A stretch of DNA of 64,000 nt. It comes from Caldimonas sp. (GTDB lineage Bacteria; Pseudomonadota; Gammaproteobacteria; Burkholderiales; Burkholderiaceae_C). The notes beneath the pieces are model-generated. The model saw nothing but the letters and a program-made list of their open reading frames with translations, was not told the origin of the DNA and ran no database searches. Shown piece by piece: positions 10,359 to 20,311 of the stretch (positions are counted from its first letter, which is position 1; each line of letters opens with the position of its first letter). Position numbers and translations under genes: made by a program. The stretch is taken from contig DATAGP010000005.1 in the NCBI GenBank assembly GCA_036263655.1, forward strand, positions 288 to 64,287, read 5' to 3'.

Positions 10359-11762
10359 ATGTCCACCTCCACCACCCTCGCCGATCGCCCCGCCGCGGTC
10401 GTCAGCAGCGACGCGCGAAGCGTCGCCTCGTCCGCCGCCACTCATGCGGGCAGCGCCGATGCGCGCGGCTGCCCGGTGTCGACGCGATCGAGGCTCGCCA
10501 TCGAGCACGCCGAGCAGGCGCTCTGGCGCCTCATGTCGTACATCGGCGACCCGCTCGCCGACATCGACGCGGCGATCGCCGCCGACCCGAGCTGGCCCCT
10601 GCCGCACGTCATCAAGGCGAACGCCATGCTCGCCACCACCGAGCACGCCTATGCGCGCCTGGCCGCGTCCTGCCTCGACACCGCAGTGGCCCTCGGCGCT
10701 CGCGCCAACGACCGCGAGCGCGCGCACATCGCGGCGACGCGCCTGCTCGTCGCCGGACGCTGGGCCGAAGCGTGCGCCGCCTGGGAGCGGATCGTGGTCG
10801 ACGAGCCGCAGGACGTCGTCGCCCTGCTCTTCGCGCACGCCTTCGACTTCTTCCGCGGCGACTCGGTCGGCCTGCAGCGCCGCATCAGCCGCGCCCTGCC
10901 GCGCTGGTCGACGGGTGCGCCCCTGCACAGCTTCGTCCTCGGCCTGCACGCCTTCGGACTGGAGGAGAACAACCACTACGCGGAGGCGCTCGACGCCGGC
11001 CTCGCGGCCCTGGCCGGCGAGCGGCGCGATGCCTGGGCGGTGCATGCGGTGGCCCACGTCCACGAGATGCGCGGCGAGCACGAGGCCGGCAGCCGCTGGC
11101 TGTCGTCGCGCGTCGCCGACTGGGCGCCCGACAACGGCATCGCGTACCACAACTGGTGGCACGTCGCGCTCTTCCACCTCGAGCGCTGCGAGTTCGACGC
11201 CGCCCTGGCGCTGCTCGACCAGCGCGTCGTGCCCGGAGCGCAGACCGCCCTGCAGCGGCTCGACGCGGTGGCCATGCTGTGGCGGCTGCGCCTGCTCGGC
11301 GTCGACGTCGGCGACCGCTGGCAGGCCGTGGCCGACGCGTGGGCGACGCAGGGCGACGACGCGGGCTACTACGCCTTCAACGACGTCCACTCGGCGATCG
11401 CGCAGATCGGCGCCGGCCGGCTCGATGCGGTCGAGCAGATCCTCGTTGCCCTCGATGCGCGTGCCGCCGATGCGACCAGCCTCGGCGCGATGGCGCGCGA
11501 GGTCGGCGCGCCCCTCGTCCGCGGCCTGCTCGCGCACGCCCGCGGCGACGCCGCGGGCGCGACCGAGACGCTGTGGCAGGTGCGCGAGGTCTGCCAGCGC
11601 TTCGGCGGCAGCCACGCGCAGCGCGACATCGTCACCCTGACCCTGCTCGACGCCGCCATCGGCAGCGGTCAGAAGCGGCTGGCCCGTCACGTCCTCAACG
11701 AGCGCGCGATCTGGAAGCGGGCGACGCCGCTGACCGAGCACTGGGCACGCCGCATCGGCTGA
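10359..11762 (+). CDS. TTC38-like tetratricopeptide repeat protein
   Basis: AFGLEE, DAWAVHAVAHVHEM, HNWWHVALF and FGGSHAQRD motifs; AGGAG RBS. Confidence 0.85.
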   Translation: MSTSTTLADRPAAVVSSDARSVASSAATHAGSADARGCPVSTRSRLAIEHAEQALWRLMSYIGDPLADIDAAIAADPSWPLPHVIKANAMLATTEHAYARLAASCLDTAVALGARANDRERAHIAATRLLVAGRWAEACAAWERIVVDEPQDVVALLFAHAFDFFRGDSVGLQRRISRALPRWSTGAPLHSFVLGLHAFGLEENNHYAEALDAGLAALAGERRDAWAVHAVAHVHEMRGEHEAGSRWLSSRVADWAPDNGIAYHNWWHVALFHLERCEFDAALALLDQRVVPGAQTALQRLDAVAMLWRLRLLGVDVGDRWQAVADAWATQGDDAGYYAFNDVHSAIAQIGAGRLDAVEQILVALDARAADATSLGAMAREVGAPLVRGLLAHARGDAAGATETLWQVREVCQRFGGSHAQRDIVTLTLLDAAIGSGQKRLARHVLNERAIWKRATPLTEHWARRIG

Positions 11763-11767
11763 GGCCT

Positions 11768-14296
11768 TCAGCCCTCGGCGAGGAACGAACGGACCTCGCC
11801 GAGCCAGTGCGGCCAGCCGGGCTCGTCCTCGAGCAGCAGGTGGTTGCGGCTGGCGATCTCGACGAAGCGAGCGCCGGGAATGCCGGCGGCGATCAGGCGC
11901 GACTCCTCGACCGGCACGCGCAGGTCGTCGCGGCTGTGCAGCACCAGCGTCCGGCAGCGTACCTGCCCGAGCAGGTCGACGACGTCGATGTCCGCGAACT
12001 CGCGCATGAAGCGTGCGGCGTTCGCCGGCGTGGTGGAGATGCGCTCCAGCTCGTTGAACCAGCGGTGCTGCTCGGGCGTCCCGTCGGGGATGAACTGGTT
12101 GGTGAAGTACTGGCGGAAGGCCGGATCCGTGCTGCCCCAGCCGAGCTCGGCGAGCCGGGCCATGGCCTCGGCCTCGGCCCGCGCCTCGGGCGTGCGGCTG
12201 CGCACCAGCCGGCCGCGCGCATAGCCGCCGTGCAGGACCAGGCGGCTGACGCGCTCCGGGTGCGCGACCGCGAAGGCGATGGCGATCGGCGCGCCCTGCG
12301 AGATGCCGAGGATGGCGACGGGCCCGTCGCAGGCGGCGTCGACCACGGTCTCCAGGTCGCGGACCCAGCTGGCGAAGGACAGGTCGGCGACCTCGCGGTC
12401 CGACAGGCCGCAGCCGCGTTCGTCGTAGCGGATGAAGCGACGATCGCGCCCGAGCTCGCGCACCAGGTGCTCCCACACCGGGCTCTCGCGGTCGAACTCG
12501 AGGTGCGACAGCCACGTCGCGGCCTTGATCAGCGGCGCGCCGCGGCCGGCGCTCGACCACGCCAGGCGCACGCCGTCGCGGCCGCGCACGTACTCGATCG
12601 GCGGCTGCCCGCTCGACGCCGCCGCACCCGGGGCCCGGTCCGCCGGACGCGGCGCATCGGCACGGCGCGGCCCGGGCGCGGGATGGCGCTCGACGAAGTC
12701 CTCGATCGCCTCGAGCAGGGCCGCGCTGTCGCCGTGCCACAGGAAGTGGTCGTCGCCGTCGAACAGGCGCAGCTCGGCACCCGGGATGGCGGCGGCCAGG
12801 TACTCGGCGGCGCCGGGCCGCACGATGCGGTCGCCGCGCCGGTGCAGCACGAGCGTCGGCACGCCGACGGCGCCGAGCCGGTCGCGCACGTCGATGCCGT
12901 GGAGCGTGCGCACCAGCGCCGCGATGCCCTTCGGCGTGGTGGCGAGCAGGAAGGTGCGGGTCCACCAGGCCTGCACCTCGGGGTCGTCCGCGACGCTCGG
13001 CGCGAACGCCTCCAGGCTGGTCGGCCGGCCCCAGCCTTGCTGCAGCTCGACGATCCAGCGCTCCATGGCGCCGCCGTCCATGGCCCACGGATAGCCTTCG
13101 CGCCGCGCGCCGCAGGCGCTGGCGCCCACCAGCACCAGGCCCTGCACGCGCTCCGGATGCCTGACCGCGAGCTCGATCCCGGCGGCGCCGCACAAGGACG
13201 TGCCGAGCAGCCACGCGCGGTCGATGCCCACCCTGTCGATGACCGCCAGCAGGTCCTCGACGGCGGCCTCGGGCGTGGTCGGGACGTCGATGCGCTCCGA
13301 CAGGCCGGTGCCGCGCCGGTCGAGGAGGACGAGCCGGAAGCGGCGCGCCAGCCGCTCGAGCGTCCGCCGCACGTGCGCGTCCGCCAGCGAGGTCTCGATG
13401 TGCGACCAGACCTCGGGCACGACGACCATCGTCTCGGCCGCTTCGCCGAGCGTGGCATAGGCGACCGCGCCGTCGGCGGTGCGCGCGTAGCGCAGGGCCG
13501 GCCCCGGCGGTGCCGGCTCCGCCTGGGCGCCGCCGGCCCGCGCCCGCACGTAGGCGGCCTCGACCGCGGCCGAGGGGCGGACCCCGAACTCGTGCCGGAC
13601 CAGGCGCGCGCACTCGTCGTAGGCCGCCTCCATGGCCGCACCGCGACCGAGCCGGCCGAGCGCGGCGATGACCGCGGCGTGCCCGGCATCGGCGAAGACG
13701 TCGATCTGCAGCAGGCGCTGCCCGGCCTCGAGGGCGGCTTCGGCGCGGCCCGCGCGCAGGGCGTCCTCCGCGAGCCGCTGCAGGGCCCGGACGACGAGCC
13801 GCTCGTGCTCCTGGCGCCAGGTCGCCAGCCACGCCTCGAAGGCGTCGGAGTCGATCTCGAAGCCGGCGAGGATCGCCTGCGAGTGCGGCCGCAGCAGGCG
13901 GGCCGCGTCGGCGGGACCGGCACGGCCATCGAGGATGGCCAGGGCCGCACGCCGCGTCGTGACGACGTCGACGTCCGCCTCGAAGGCCGGGCCGGCCGGC
14001 GCCATCCAGACCGTCTCGGCGTCGCCGCAGAACAGTTCGAAGCCGAGGGTCGCGTTCGCCTGGTGCGCGAGGCGGCGCAGCCGGGCCCGGCCCGTCGACG
14101 CCGCCGCATCGGGCCAGAGCAGCGCCGCGACGGCATGGCGCGAAAGCCGACGCTCGCTCTCGACCAGGCAGGCGAGCAGCGCCCAGGCGCGCTTGAGAGC
14201 CAGCGGCACGGCGCGGGCGTCGATCTCGACCGTCGGATAGCCGTGCAGGGCCAGGCGGACGCGCCGCCGGACGGCCGGCACGTCGGCCTTCGTCAT
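11768..14296 (-). CDS. SARP-like (wHTH+BTAD) transcriptional regulator with two tandem alpha/beta-hydrolase domains
   Basis: KRAWALLACL...RHAVAALLWPD...RARLRR; FEAWL; hydrolase 1 (DRRGTGLS, GTSLCG, GDDH); hydrolase 2 (YDERGCGLSD, GISQG, SRNH); 842 aa. Confidence 0.82.
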   Translation of the reverse strand: MTKADVPAVRRRVRLALHGYPTVEIDARAVPLALKRAWALLACLVESERRLSRHAVAALLWPDAAASTGRARLRRLAHQANATLGFELFCGDAETVWMAPAGPAFEADVDVVTTRRAALAILDGRAGPADAARLLRPHSQAILAGFEIDSDAFEAWLATWRQEHERLVVRALQRLAEDALRAGRAEAALEAGQRLLQIDVFADAGHAAVIAALGRLGRGAAMEAAYDECARLVRHEFGVRPSAAVEAAYVRARAGGAQAEPAPPGPALRYARTADGAVAYATLGEAAETMVVVPEVWSHIETSLADAHVRRTLERLARRFRLVLLDRRGTGLSERIDVPTTPEAAVEDLLAVIDRVGIDRAWLLGTSLCGAAGIELAVRHPERVQGLVLVGASACGARREGYPWAMDGGAMERWIVELQQGWGRPTSLEAFAPSVADDPEVQAWWTRTFLLATTPKGIAALVRTLHGIDVRDRLGAVGVPTLVLHRRGDRIVRPGAAEYLAAAIPGAELRLFDGDDHFLWHGDSAALLEAIEDFVERHPAPGPRRADAPRPADRAPGAAASSGQPPIEYVRGRDGVRLAWSSAGRGAPLIKAATWLSHLEFDRESPVWEHLVRELGRDRRFIRYDERGCGLSDREVADLSFASWVRDLETVVDAACDGPVAILGISQGAPIAIAFAVAHPERVSRLVLHGGYARGRLVRSRTPEARAEAEAMARLAELGWGSTDPAFRQYFTNQFIPDGTPEQHRWFNELERISTTPANAARFMREFADIDVVDLLGQVRCRTLVLHSRDDLRVPVEESRLIAAGIPGARFVEIASRNHLLLEDEPGWPHWLGEVRSFLAEG

Positions 14297-15750
14297 CGCC
14301 TCATCGACTCCTCGAGCGCTGCGGTCCGCGGCGCCGGAGCGCGGCGCAGGCGCATCTCGAGACCCACCGGTCCCATCGCGAACGCGAACAGCTCGCGCGC
14401 CGGCTTGCCGTCGCGCGTGCCGACCTGCTCGACCTCGAAGCGGCCGAGCAGCATCGAGATCGCCATCTTCATTTCCAGCAGCGCCAGGTAGCGGCCGGGG
14501 CAGAGGCGCGGGCCGGCGCCGAAAGGCAGCGACACGCGCGTCGTCGAGCGCGCGCCGGACGCGTCGGCGGGGCCGGCGAGCCAGCGCCCGGGCTCGAACG
14601 CGGCCGGCCGCGGAAAGTGGCGCTCGTCGAGGACGGCGGGCCGCATGACGCCGACCACGAAGGTATGGGCCGGCACGGCGACGTCGCCGACGGTGGTGTC
14701 GATATTCGCCTGCGACGGCAGCAGCGGCGCCACCGGCTTCAGGCGCATCGTCTCGTGGATGCAGGCATCGAGGTAGGGCAGCTCGCCCATCTGCTCGAGG
14801 GTGCAGCGCGACGGATCGGGCGCGACGCGCTGCACTTCCTCTCGCGCCCGGCGCATCGCCTCGGGATGGCGGTGCAGGAAGTCGAACAGCCAGGCCAGCG
14901 TGTTGGCGGTCGTGTCCTCGCCGGCGATCAGCGCCACGAAGACGTTGCCGGCGATGTCGGCGTCGCCGACTTCGCTGCCCGGCGCATCGGCGGCGACGAT
15001 CATCGCCTCGAGCAGGTTGCGCGGCCGGCTGCGCAGCCCGGGCTCGTCGCTGAGGCGCTGCCGCGCCGCGGCGATGAAGCCGGCGATGGCGGCCTTCACC
15101 TCGACGACGCTGCGCTCGAGCCGGCGGTCGGCGGGCAGGCGGACGTAGTGCCAGTACGGCAGCGGCGCCAGCGAGCGGCGGGCGAGCGCCGGAAAGATGC
15201 GGTTCAGGTGGCGCTGGATGACGTCGTCGTCGGACTCCAGCGTGTTGACGTCGGCGCCGAAGGCCAGCCCGGCGATCGCGTCGACGGTGTAGCGCATGAG
15301 GTCGGCCTGCAGGTCGATCGTGGCGCCGGCGTCGGCGGCCTTGCGCCAGCGGCCCTCGAGGCGGCAGACAACGGTGCGAAGCGACGGGAAGAAGGCCTTG
15401 ACGTGGCCCGGGTCCATCGCCGCCATGACCATCCGCCGCTGCCGCTTCCAGGTGTCGCCGTTGGCGAAGAAGAGGCCCTCGTCGAAGCCCATCTCCTGGG
15501 CGATTCGGCCGTGGTTGGTCGGCCGCCGGAAGCGCTCCGGCCGGTCGCGCAGCACCGAGGCGATCACCGCGGGGTCGGCGACGAGCAGCAGGTGGCGCGG
15601 ACCGATGCGCACGCGCACGTACGGGCCGTACTCGCGCACCCACTCGGCGAACTGCTCGTGCACCCGGCCGGTCTCGAACTGCAGGGCGTTGCCGAAGACG
15701 GGCAGGCCGCGCGGGCCCGGCACCTCGGCATAGGGCCGCGCCGCGCTCAC
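14293..15750 (-). CDS. Cytochrome P450
   Basis: PGPRGLP; I-helix AGEDTT; ExxR (ETMR); heme motif [10 protein letters not shown]; GTG start overlaps the ivd stop. Confidence 0.95.
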   Translation of the reverse strand: MSAARPYAEVPGPRGLPVFGNALQFETGRVHEQFAEWVREYGPYVRVRIGPRHLLLVADPAVIASVLRDRPERFRRPTNHGRIAQEMGFDEGLFFANGDTWKRQRRMVMAAMDPGHVKAFFPSLRTVVCRLEGRWRKAADAGATIDLQADLMRYTVDAIAGLAFGADVNTLESDDDVIQRHLNRIFPALARRSLAPLPYWHYVRLPADRRLERSVVEVKAAIAGFIAAARQRLSDEPGLRSRPRNLLEAMIVAADAPGSEVGDADIAGNVFVALIAGEDTTANTLAWLFDFLHRHPEAMRRAREEVQRVAPDPSRCTLEQMGELPYLDACIHETMRLKPVAPLLPSQANIDTTVGDVAVPAHTFVVGVMRPAVLDERHFPRPAAFEPGRWLAGPADASGARSTTRVSLPFGAGPRLCPGRYLALLEMKMAISMLLGRFEVEQVGTRDGKPARELFAFAMGPVGLEMRLRRAPAPRTAALEESMRR

Positions 15751-16922
15751 ATGCTCTCCGCGTACAGCTCCCGGCCGATCAGCATGCGCCGGATCTCGCT
15801 CGTGCCGGCGCCGATCTCGTAGAGCTTGGCGTCGCGCCAGAGGCGGCCGACCGGGTACTCGCTGGTGTAGCCGACGCCGCCGAGCGCCTGGATCGCCTCG
15901 CCCGCCATCCAGGTCGCCTTCTCGGCCGAGTAGAGGATGGCGCCGGCGGCGTCCTTCCGCAGCGTGCGCGAATGGTCGCCGCGGTCGCAGGCCTGGCCCA
16001 CCGCGTACACGTAGGCGCGCGACGCCGACCAGGTCGTGTACATGTCGGCGATCTTGCCCTGCATGAGCTGGAACTCGCCGATCGACTGGCCGAACTGCTT
16101 CCTCTCGTGGACGAAGGGCAGGACGACGTCCATGCACGCGGCCATGATGCCGAGCGGCCCGCCCGAGAGCACGGCCCGCTCGTAGTCGAGGCCGCTCATC
16201 AGCACCTTGACGCCGCCGCCCTCGGCGCCGAGCACGTTCTCCGCCGGGACCTCGCAGTCCTGGAAGAAGACCGGCCAGGTGTTCGAGCCGCGCATGCCGA
16301 GCTTGTCGAGCTTGTTGCCGAACGAGAGGCCCCGGAAGCTCTTCTCGACGATGAACGCAGTCATGCCGCCGGCGCCCTTCTCCGGCGCCGTCTTGGCGTA
16401 GACGACCATCGTGTCGGCGTCGCCGCCGTTGGTGATCCACATCTTGGAGCCGTTGAGCACGTAGCGGTCGCCCTTCGCCTCGGCGCGCAGCTTCATGCTG
16501 ACGACGTCCGAGCCGGCGTTCGGCTCGCTCATCGCCAGCGCGCCGACGTGCTCGCCGGAGACGAGCTTCGGCAGGTACTTGCGGCGCTGCGCCTCGCTGC
16601 CGTTGCGATGGATCTGGTTGACGGCGAGGTTCGAGTGCGCGCCGTACGACAGGCCCACCGACGCGGAGGCGCGCGACACCTCCTCCATGGCGACGATGTG
16701 CGCCAGGTAGCCGAGGTCGCTGCCGCCGTACTCCTCCTTCACCGTCATGCCGTGCAGGCCGAGCGCGCCGAGCTTCCTCCACAGGTCGGCCGGGAAGACG
16801 TTGTCGCGGTCGATGGCGGCGGCGCGCGGCGCGATCTCGGCGTCGGCGAACTGCTGCACGCTGTCGCGCAGCATGGCGATCGTCTCGCCGAGGTCGAAGG
16901 CGAGGCCGGGAAGGTGGGGCAT
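15747..16922 (-). CDS. ivd: Isovaleryl-CoA dehydrogenase
   Basis: [42 protein letters not shown]. Confidence 0.95.
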   Translation of the reverse strand: MPHLPGLAFDLGETIAMLRDSVQQFADAEIAPRAAAIDRDNVFPADLWRKLGALGLHGMTVKEEYGGSDLGYLAHIVAMEEVSRASASVGLSYGAHSNLAVNQIHRNGSEAQRRKYLPKLVSGEHVGALAMSEPNAGSDVVSMKLRAEAKGDRYVLNGSKMWITNGGDADTMVVYAKTAPEKGAGGMTAFIVEKSFRGLSFGNKLDKLGMRGSNTWPVFFQDCEVPAENVLGAEGGGVKVLMSGLDYERAVLSGGPLGIMAACMDVVLPFVHERKQFGQSIGEFQLMQGKIADMYTTWSASRAYVYAVGQACDRGDHSRTLRKDAAGAILYSAEKATWMAGEAIQALGGVGYTSEYPVGRLWRDAKLYEIGAGTSEIRRMLIGRELYAESM

Positions 16923-17021
16923 GGCAGGCGGCTCCAGCGAGGCGAAGGGCGGATCCGGAGCTTACCGTCGGCCGCCTGCCGACGATGCCGCCCGTGGATG
17001 CTCGTGCATCATGGCGCGGGC

Positions 17022-18113
17022 ATGGCGATCGGCCCCACGCTCCCCGAAACCCGGCCGCTGCGGCGCCTGGTCGGCGCCCTGCTGCTGGCCTGGCTCTCGT
17101 TCTGGATCCTGATGATGGCGGCCGGCGTGCAGGAGCAGCTGCTGCGCGGCGGCGGCGGCGCCGAGGCCTGGCGGCCGGTCATCGCCGAGGGCACCTCGAT
17201 GCTGGTCGCGACGGTCCTCGCCGTCGTGCAGTGGCACACCGTCAAGCGCCTCGACCGGCACCTGGCGCGGCCGCATGTCTGGTTCGCGCGAGCCCTGGTC
17301 TGGACGCCGCTGATCGCGCTGGCCTTCGTGCTCGTCGTCCAGGGCCTGCGCGCCGCGCTCTACGCCGCCTTCGGCATGACCCACCGGATCAGCCCGGCCG
17401 GCCCGCTACTGCTCTACGAGACCTCGCGCTTCGCGATCTTCTACGTCCTCTTCGTCGGCATCCAATTCGGCGTCCGCTCGTACATCGCCTGGACCGAAGC
17501 GCGCGTCGAGACCGAGCGGCAGCGCGCCCTCTCGCAGCAGGCGCAGCTGCTGCAGCTGACGCAGCAGCTGCAGCCGCACTTCCTGTTCAACGCCCTGAAC
17601 ACGGTGTCGTCGCTGATCCACTCCGAGCCCGATCGCGCCGACGCGCTGCTCACCGAGCTGGCGGCGCTGCTGCGCGCCGCCACGGACGCCGGGCAGCGGC
17701 CGCGCCAGAGCCTCGAAGACGAGCTCCGCCTGCTGCGTGCCTACGCCGCGATCATGTCGGCCCGCTTCGCCGACCGCGTGGGCCTGCGCTGGGACATCGA
17801 TCCGGCGTCGCTGCGCTGCGAGGTGCCGACGCTCTGCCTGCAGCCGCTGCTCGAGAACTGCTTCCGCCACGTCGTCGAGCCGCGCCGCGCCGCCACCGCG
17901 ATCGTCGTCTCGAGCCGGCTCGCCGACGGCGTCCTGACCATCGCCGTCGACGACGACGGCGGCCGGCTCGACGCGCCGCCCGCGTTCGGCGTCGGCCTTC
18001 GGAACGTGCAGGAGCGCTTGCAGGTGCTGCATGGCGACGCCGCCCGCGTCGGTCTTTCGGGGCGGCCCGAAGGCGGCGTCCGGGCTCGGGTGGAGCTGCC
18101 GTGCGCGTGCTGA
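17022..18113 (+). CDS. LytS-type membrane sensor histidine kinase
   Basis: N-terminal TM helices; QLQPHFLFNALN H-box; LQPLLEN. Confidence 0.9.
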   Translation: MAIGPTLPETRPLRRLVGALLLAWLSFWILMMAAGVQEQLLRGGGGAEAWRPVIAEGTSMLVATVLAVVQWHTVKRLDRHLARPHVWFARALVWTPLIALAFVLVVQGLRAALYAAFGMTHRISPAGPLLLYETSRFAIFYVLFVGIQFGVRSYIAWTEARVETERQRALSQQAQLLQLTQQLQPHFLFNALNTVSSLIHSEPDRADALLTELAALLRAATDAGQRPRQSLEDELRLLRAYAAIMSARFADRVGLRWDIDPASLRCEVPTLCLQPLLENCFRHVVEPRRAATAIVVSSRLADGVLTIAVDDDGGRLDAPPAFGVGLRNVQERLQVLHGDAARVGLSGRPEGGVRARVELPCAC

Positions 18114-18802
18114 TCGTCGACGACGAGGCGCCGGCGCGGGCCCGGCTGCGTCGCTTGCTGGCGAGCCACGGCGAGGTGGAGGTGGTCGGCGAAGCCGGCG
18201 ACGGCGCCGAGGCGCTCGAGATGGCAGCGCGGCTCGCGCCCGAGGTCCTGTTCCTCGACGTGCAGATGCCGGAGGCGAGCGGCCTCGACGTCGCCGCCTC
18301 GCTGCCGGACGACGGCCCGATGGTCGTCTTCGTCACCGCCCACGACCGTTACGCGCTGCAGGCCTTCGACGCGCGCGCCGTCGACTACCTGCTCAAGCCG
18401 GTCGAGCCGGAGCGGCTGGCGCGCGCCCTGCAGCGGCTGCAGGCGCAGCGTCCCGGCCGACGCACGAGCGCCCCGGCCGCCACGCAGCTCCTGATCGCCG
18501 ACCGCGGCAGGACGCACGTCGTCCGCTGCGCCGAGATCGAGCACCTCGAGGCGGCCGACAACTACGTCGCCGTGCACGTGCCGGGCCGCTCGCTGCTGAT
18601 GCGGCGCACGCTCGCCGGCCTGCTCGCCGATCTCGGCGACGGCTTCGTGCGCTGCCATCGCGGCGCCGCGGTGGCGATCGCCCGGGTGCAGGAGGTCCGC
18701 CCGCGCGACAAGGGCGACGCGACGCTCGTCATGCGCAGCGGCGCCGAGGTGCCGTGCAGCCGCCAGCACCGGGCCGAGGTGCTGCGCCGCCTGCAGGGCT
18801 GA
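18101..18802 (+). CDS. LytTR family response regulator
   Basis: VLIVDDE, LFLDVQMP, DYLLKP; LytTR motifs EAADNY and FVRCHR. Confidence 0.93.
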   Translation: MRVLIVDDEAPARARLRRLLASHGEVEVVGEAGDGAEALEMAARLAPEVLFLDVQMPEASGLDVAASLPDDGPMVVFVTAHDRYALQAFDARAVDYLLKPVEPERLARALQRLQAQRPGRRTSAPAATQLLIADRGRTHVVRCAEIEHLEAADNYVAVHVPGRSLLMRRTLAGLLADLGDGFVRCHRGAAVAIARVQEVRPRDKGDATLVMRSGAEVPCSRQHRAEVLRRLQG

Positions 18803-18900
18803 TCGGCGCCGGCGCCAGACGGTCCGCTTCGCCCCGTCGGCGACCCGGCTCGTCCCGCGGCGCTGGCCTTGGCTGTGAGCGCGCCTTAGCCTGCACGCTG

Positions 18901-18988
18901 TTCGCTGCCGCCCTGTCGCTGCCTTTCGCTGCCTTTCGCTGCGTTCGCTGCCCTTTCGCTGCCCCCCTTTCCCTGCCCTTGTCGCTGC
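18901..18988. repeat. Degenerate tandem repeat, about 8 copies of (T/G)TCGCTGC
   Basis: Units at 18901, 18915, 18925, 18935, 18944, 18955, 18969 (degenerate) and 18981. Confidence 0.8.
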
Positions 18989-19008
18989 ACGCCTTCAGCC
19001 GCCTGCCC

Positions 19009-20271
19009 ATGACCACGAACCCCGCGCCGTGCCGACTCTTCTTCCTCGACTGGCTGCGCATCGGCGCGTTCGCCCTCCTCGTCCTCTATCACGTGGGCAT
19101 GTACTACGTCACCTGGGACTGGCATGTGAAGAGCGCGTTCGCGAGCGCCGCGCTCGAGCCCTGGATGCGGCTCAGCTCGCCGTGGCGGCTGTCGCTGCTG
19201 TTCCTGGTCTCCGGGGCTGCCGTGTCGTTCATGCTGCGCCGCGACGCGAGCGCCGGCTTCGTCCGCGACCGCTCGCTGCGCCTGCTCCTGCCGCTGCTCT
19301 TCGGCATGTTGGTGGTCGTGCCGCCGCAGTCCTTCTTCGAGGTGGTGCAGAAGCACGGCTACAGCGGCGACTACCTCGACTTCATGCGTCTCTACGTGAC
19401 GGGGCACGGCGGCTTCTGCCGGGCCGGAGCCTGCCTGGTGCTGCCGACCTGGAACCACCTCTGGTTCGTCGCCTACCTGTGGCTGTACTGCCTGGTGATC
19501 TGGGCCGTGCTCCGCGTGCGGCCCGGCACCCTCGACGCTGCGGGCGCCTGGGCGGAGCGACGCCTGCGCGGGCCGGCGCTGCTCCTGCTGCCGCTGGCGG
19601 TCCTCGCGGCGCTGCGCCTGGCGCTGGCAGGCCGCTTCCCGGCCACGCACGCCCTGATCGACGACGCCTTCAACCACGCGCAGTACCTGGGCCTCTTCCT
19701 GCTCGGCGCAGCGCTGGCGCGGGCGCCCGCCATCTGGCGGCGCATGAAGGCGCAGCGCTGGCCGGCGCTGGCGGCGGCTTTCGTCGCCTGGGCCGCCCTC
19801 GCCTGGCTCGCCGCCCGCCACGGCACGCCGGCGAAGGCGCCGCCCGAGGCGGCGATGGCGATGCGGCTCGCCTTCGCGACCATGCAGTGGTGCGCCATCG
19901 TCGCGCTGGTCGGCTTCGCGCATCGCCATCTGAACCGCGATCACGCGAGCCGCCGCTATCTCACGGAGGCCGTGTTCCCCGTCTACATCCTGCATCAGAC
20001 CCTCATCGTGCTGCTCGCCGTGGCGCTGCGTCCGCTCGGCTGGGCGCCCGTGCTCGAAGGCCCGGTGCTCGCGGCCGGCACGCTGCTGCTGAGCCTCGCC
20101 GGCTACGAGGCGGCTCGACGCCTGCCGCTGCTGCGTCCCTGGCTCGGCCTGCGCCGCGCTGCCCGCGTGACGCGGCACGGAGACGCCGGTGACGCGTCGC
20201 GCCGTGCCGCGGCGGTGTCGAGCGGTGGCGCGGCGCCCGCGTGCGACGCAACGCCTGGCAGTCTGCGATGA
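19009..20271 (+). CDS. Acyltransferase_3 family membrane acyltransferase (OpgC/MdoC-like)
   Basis: FLDWLR...LYH, WRLSLLFLVSG, NHLWF, PVYILHQ; many TM helices. Confidence 0.88.
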   Translation: MTTNPAPCRLFFLDWLRIGAFALLVLYHVGMYYVTWDWHVKSAFASAALEPWMRLSSPWRLSLLFLVSGAAVSFMLRRDASAGFVRDRSLRLLLPLLFGMLVVVPPQSFFEVVQKHGYSGDYLDFMRLYVTGHGGFCRAGACLVLPTWNHLWFVAYLWLYCLVIWAVLRVRPGTLDAAGAWAERRLRGPALLLLPLAVLAALRLALAGRFPATHALIDDAFNHAQYLGLFLLGAALARAPAIWRRMKAQRWPALAAAFVAWAALAWLAARHGTPAKAPPEAAMAMRLAFATMQWCAIVALVGFAHRHLNRDHASRRYLTEAVFPVYILHQTLIVLLAVALRPLGWAPVLEGPVLAAGTLLLSLAGYEAARRLPLLRPWLGLRRAARVTRHGDAGDASRRAAAVSSGGAAPACDATPGSLR

Positions 20272-20311
20272 GGTACCGTGACTGCCGCCATCGATCCCTG
20301 CTGGTCACCCC

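Noticed and set aside
18901-18988. Repeat tract as a CRISPR array
   Set aside because: Units are about 8 bp with no spacers, and there are no cas genes.
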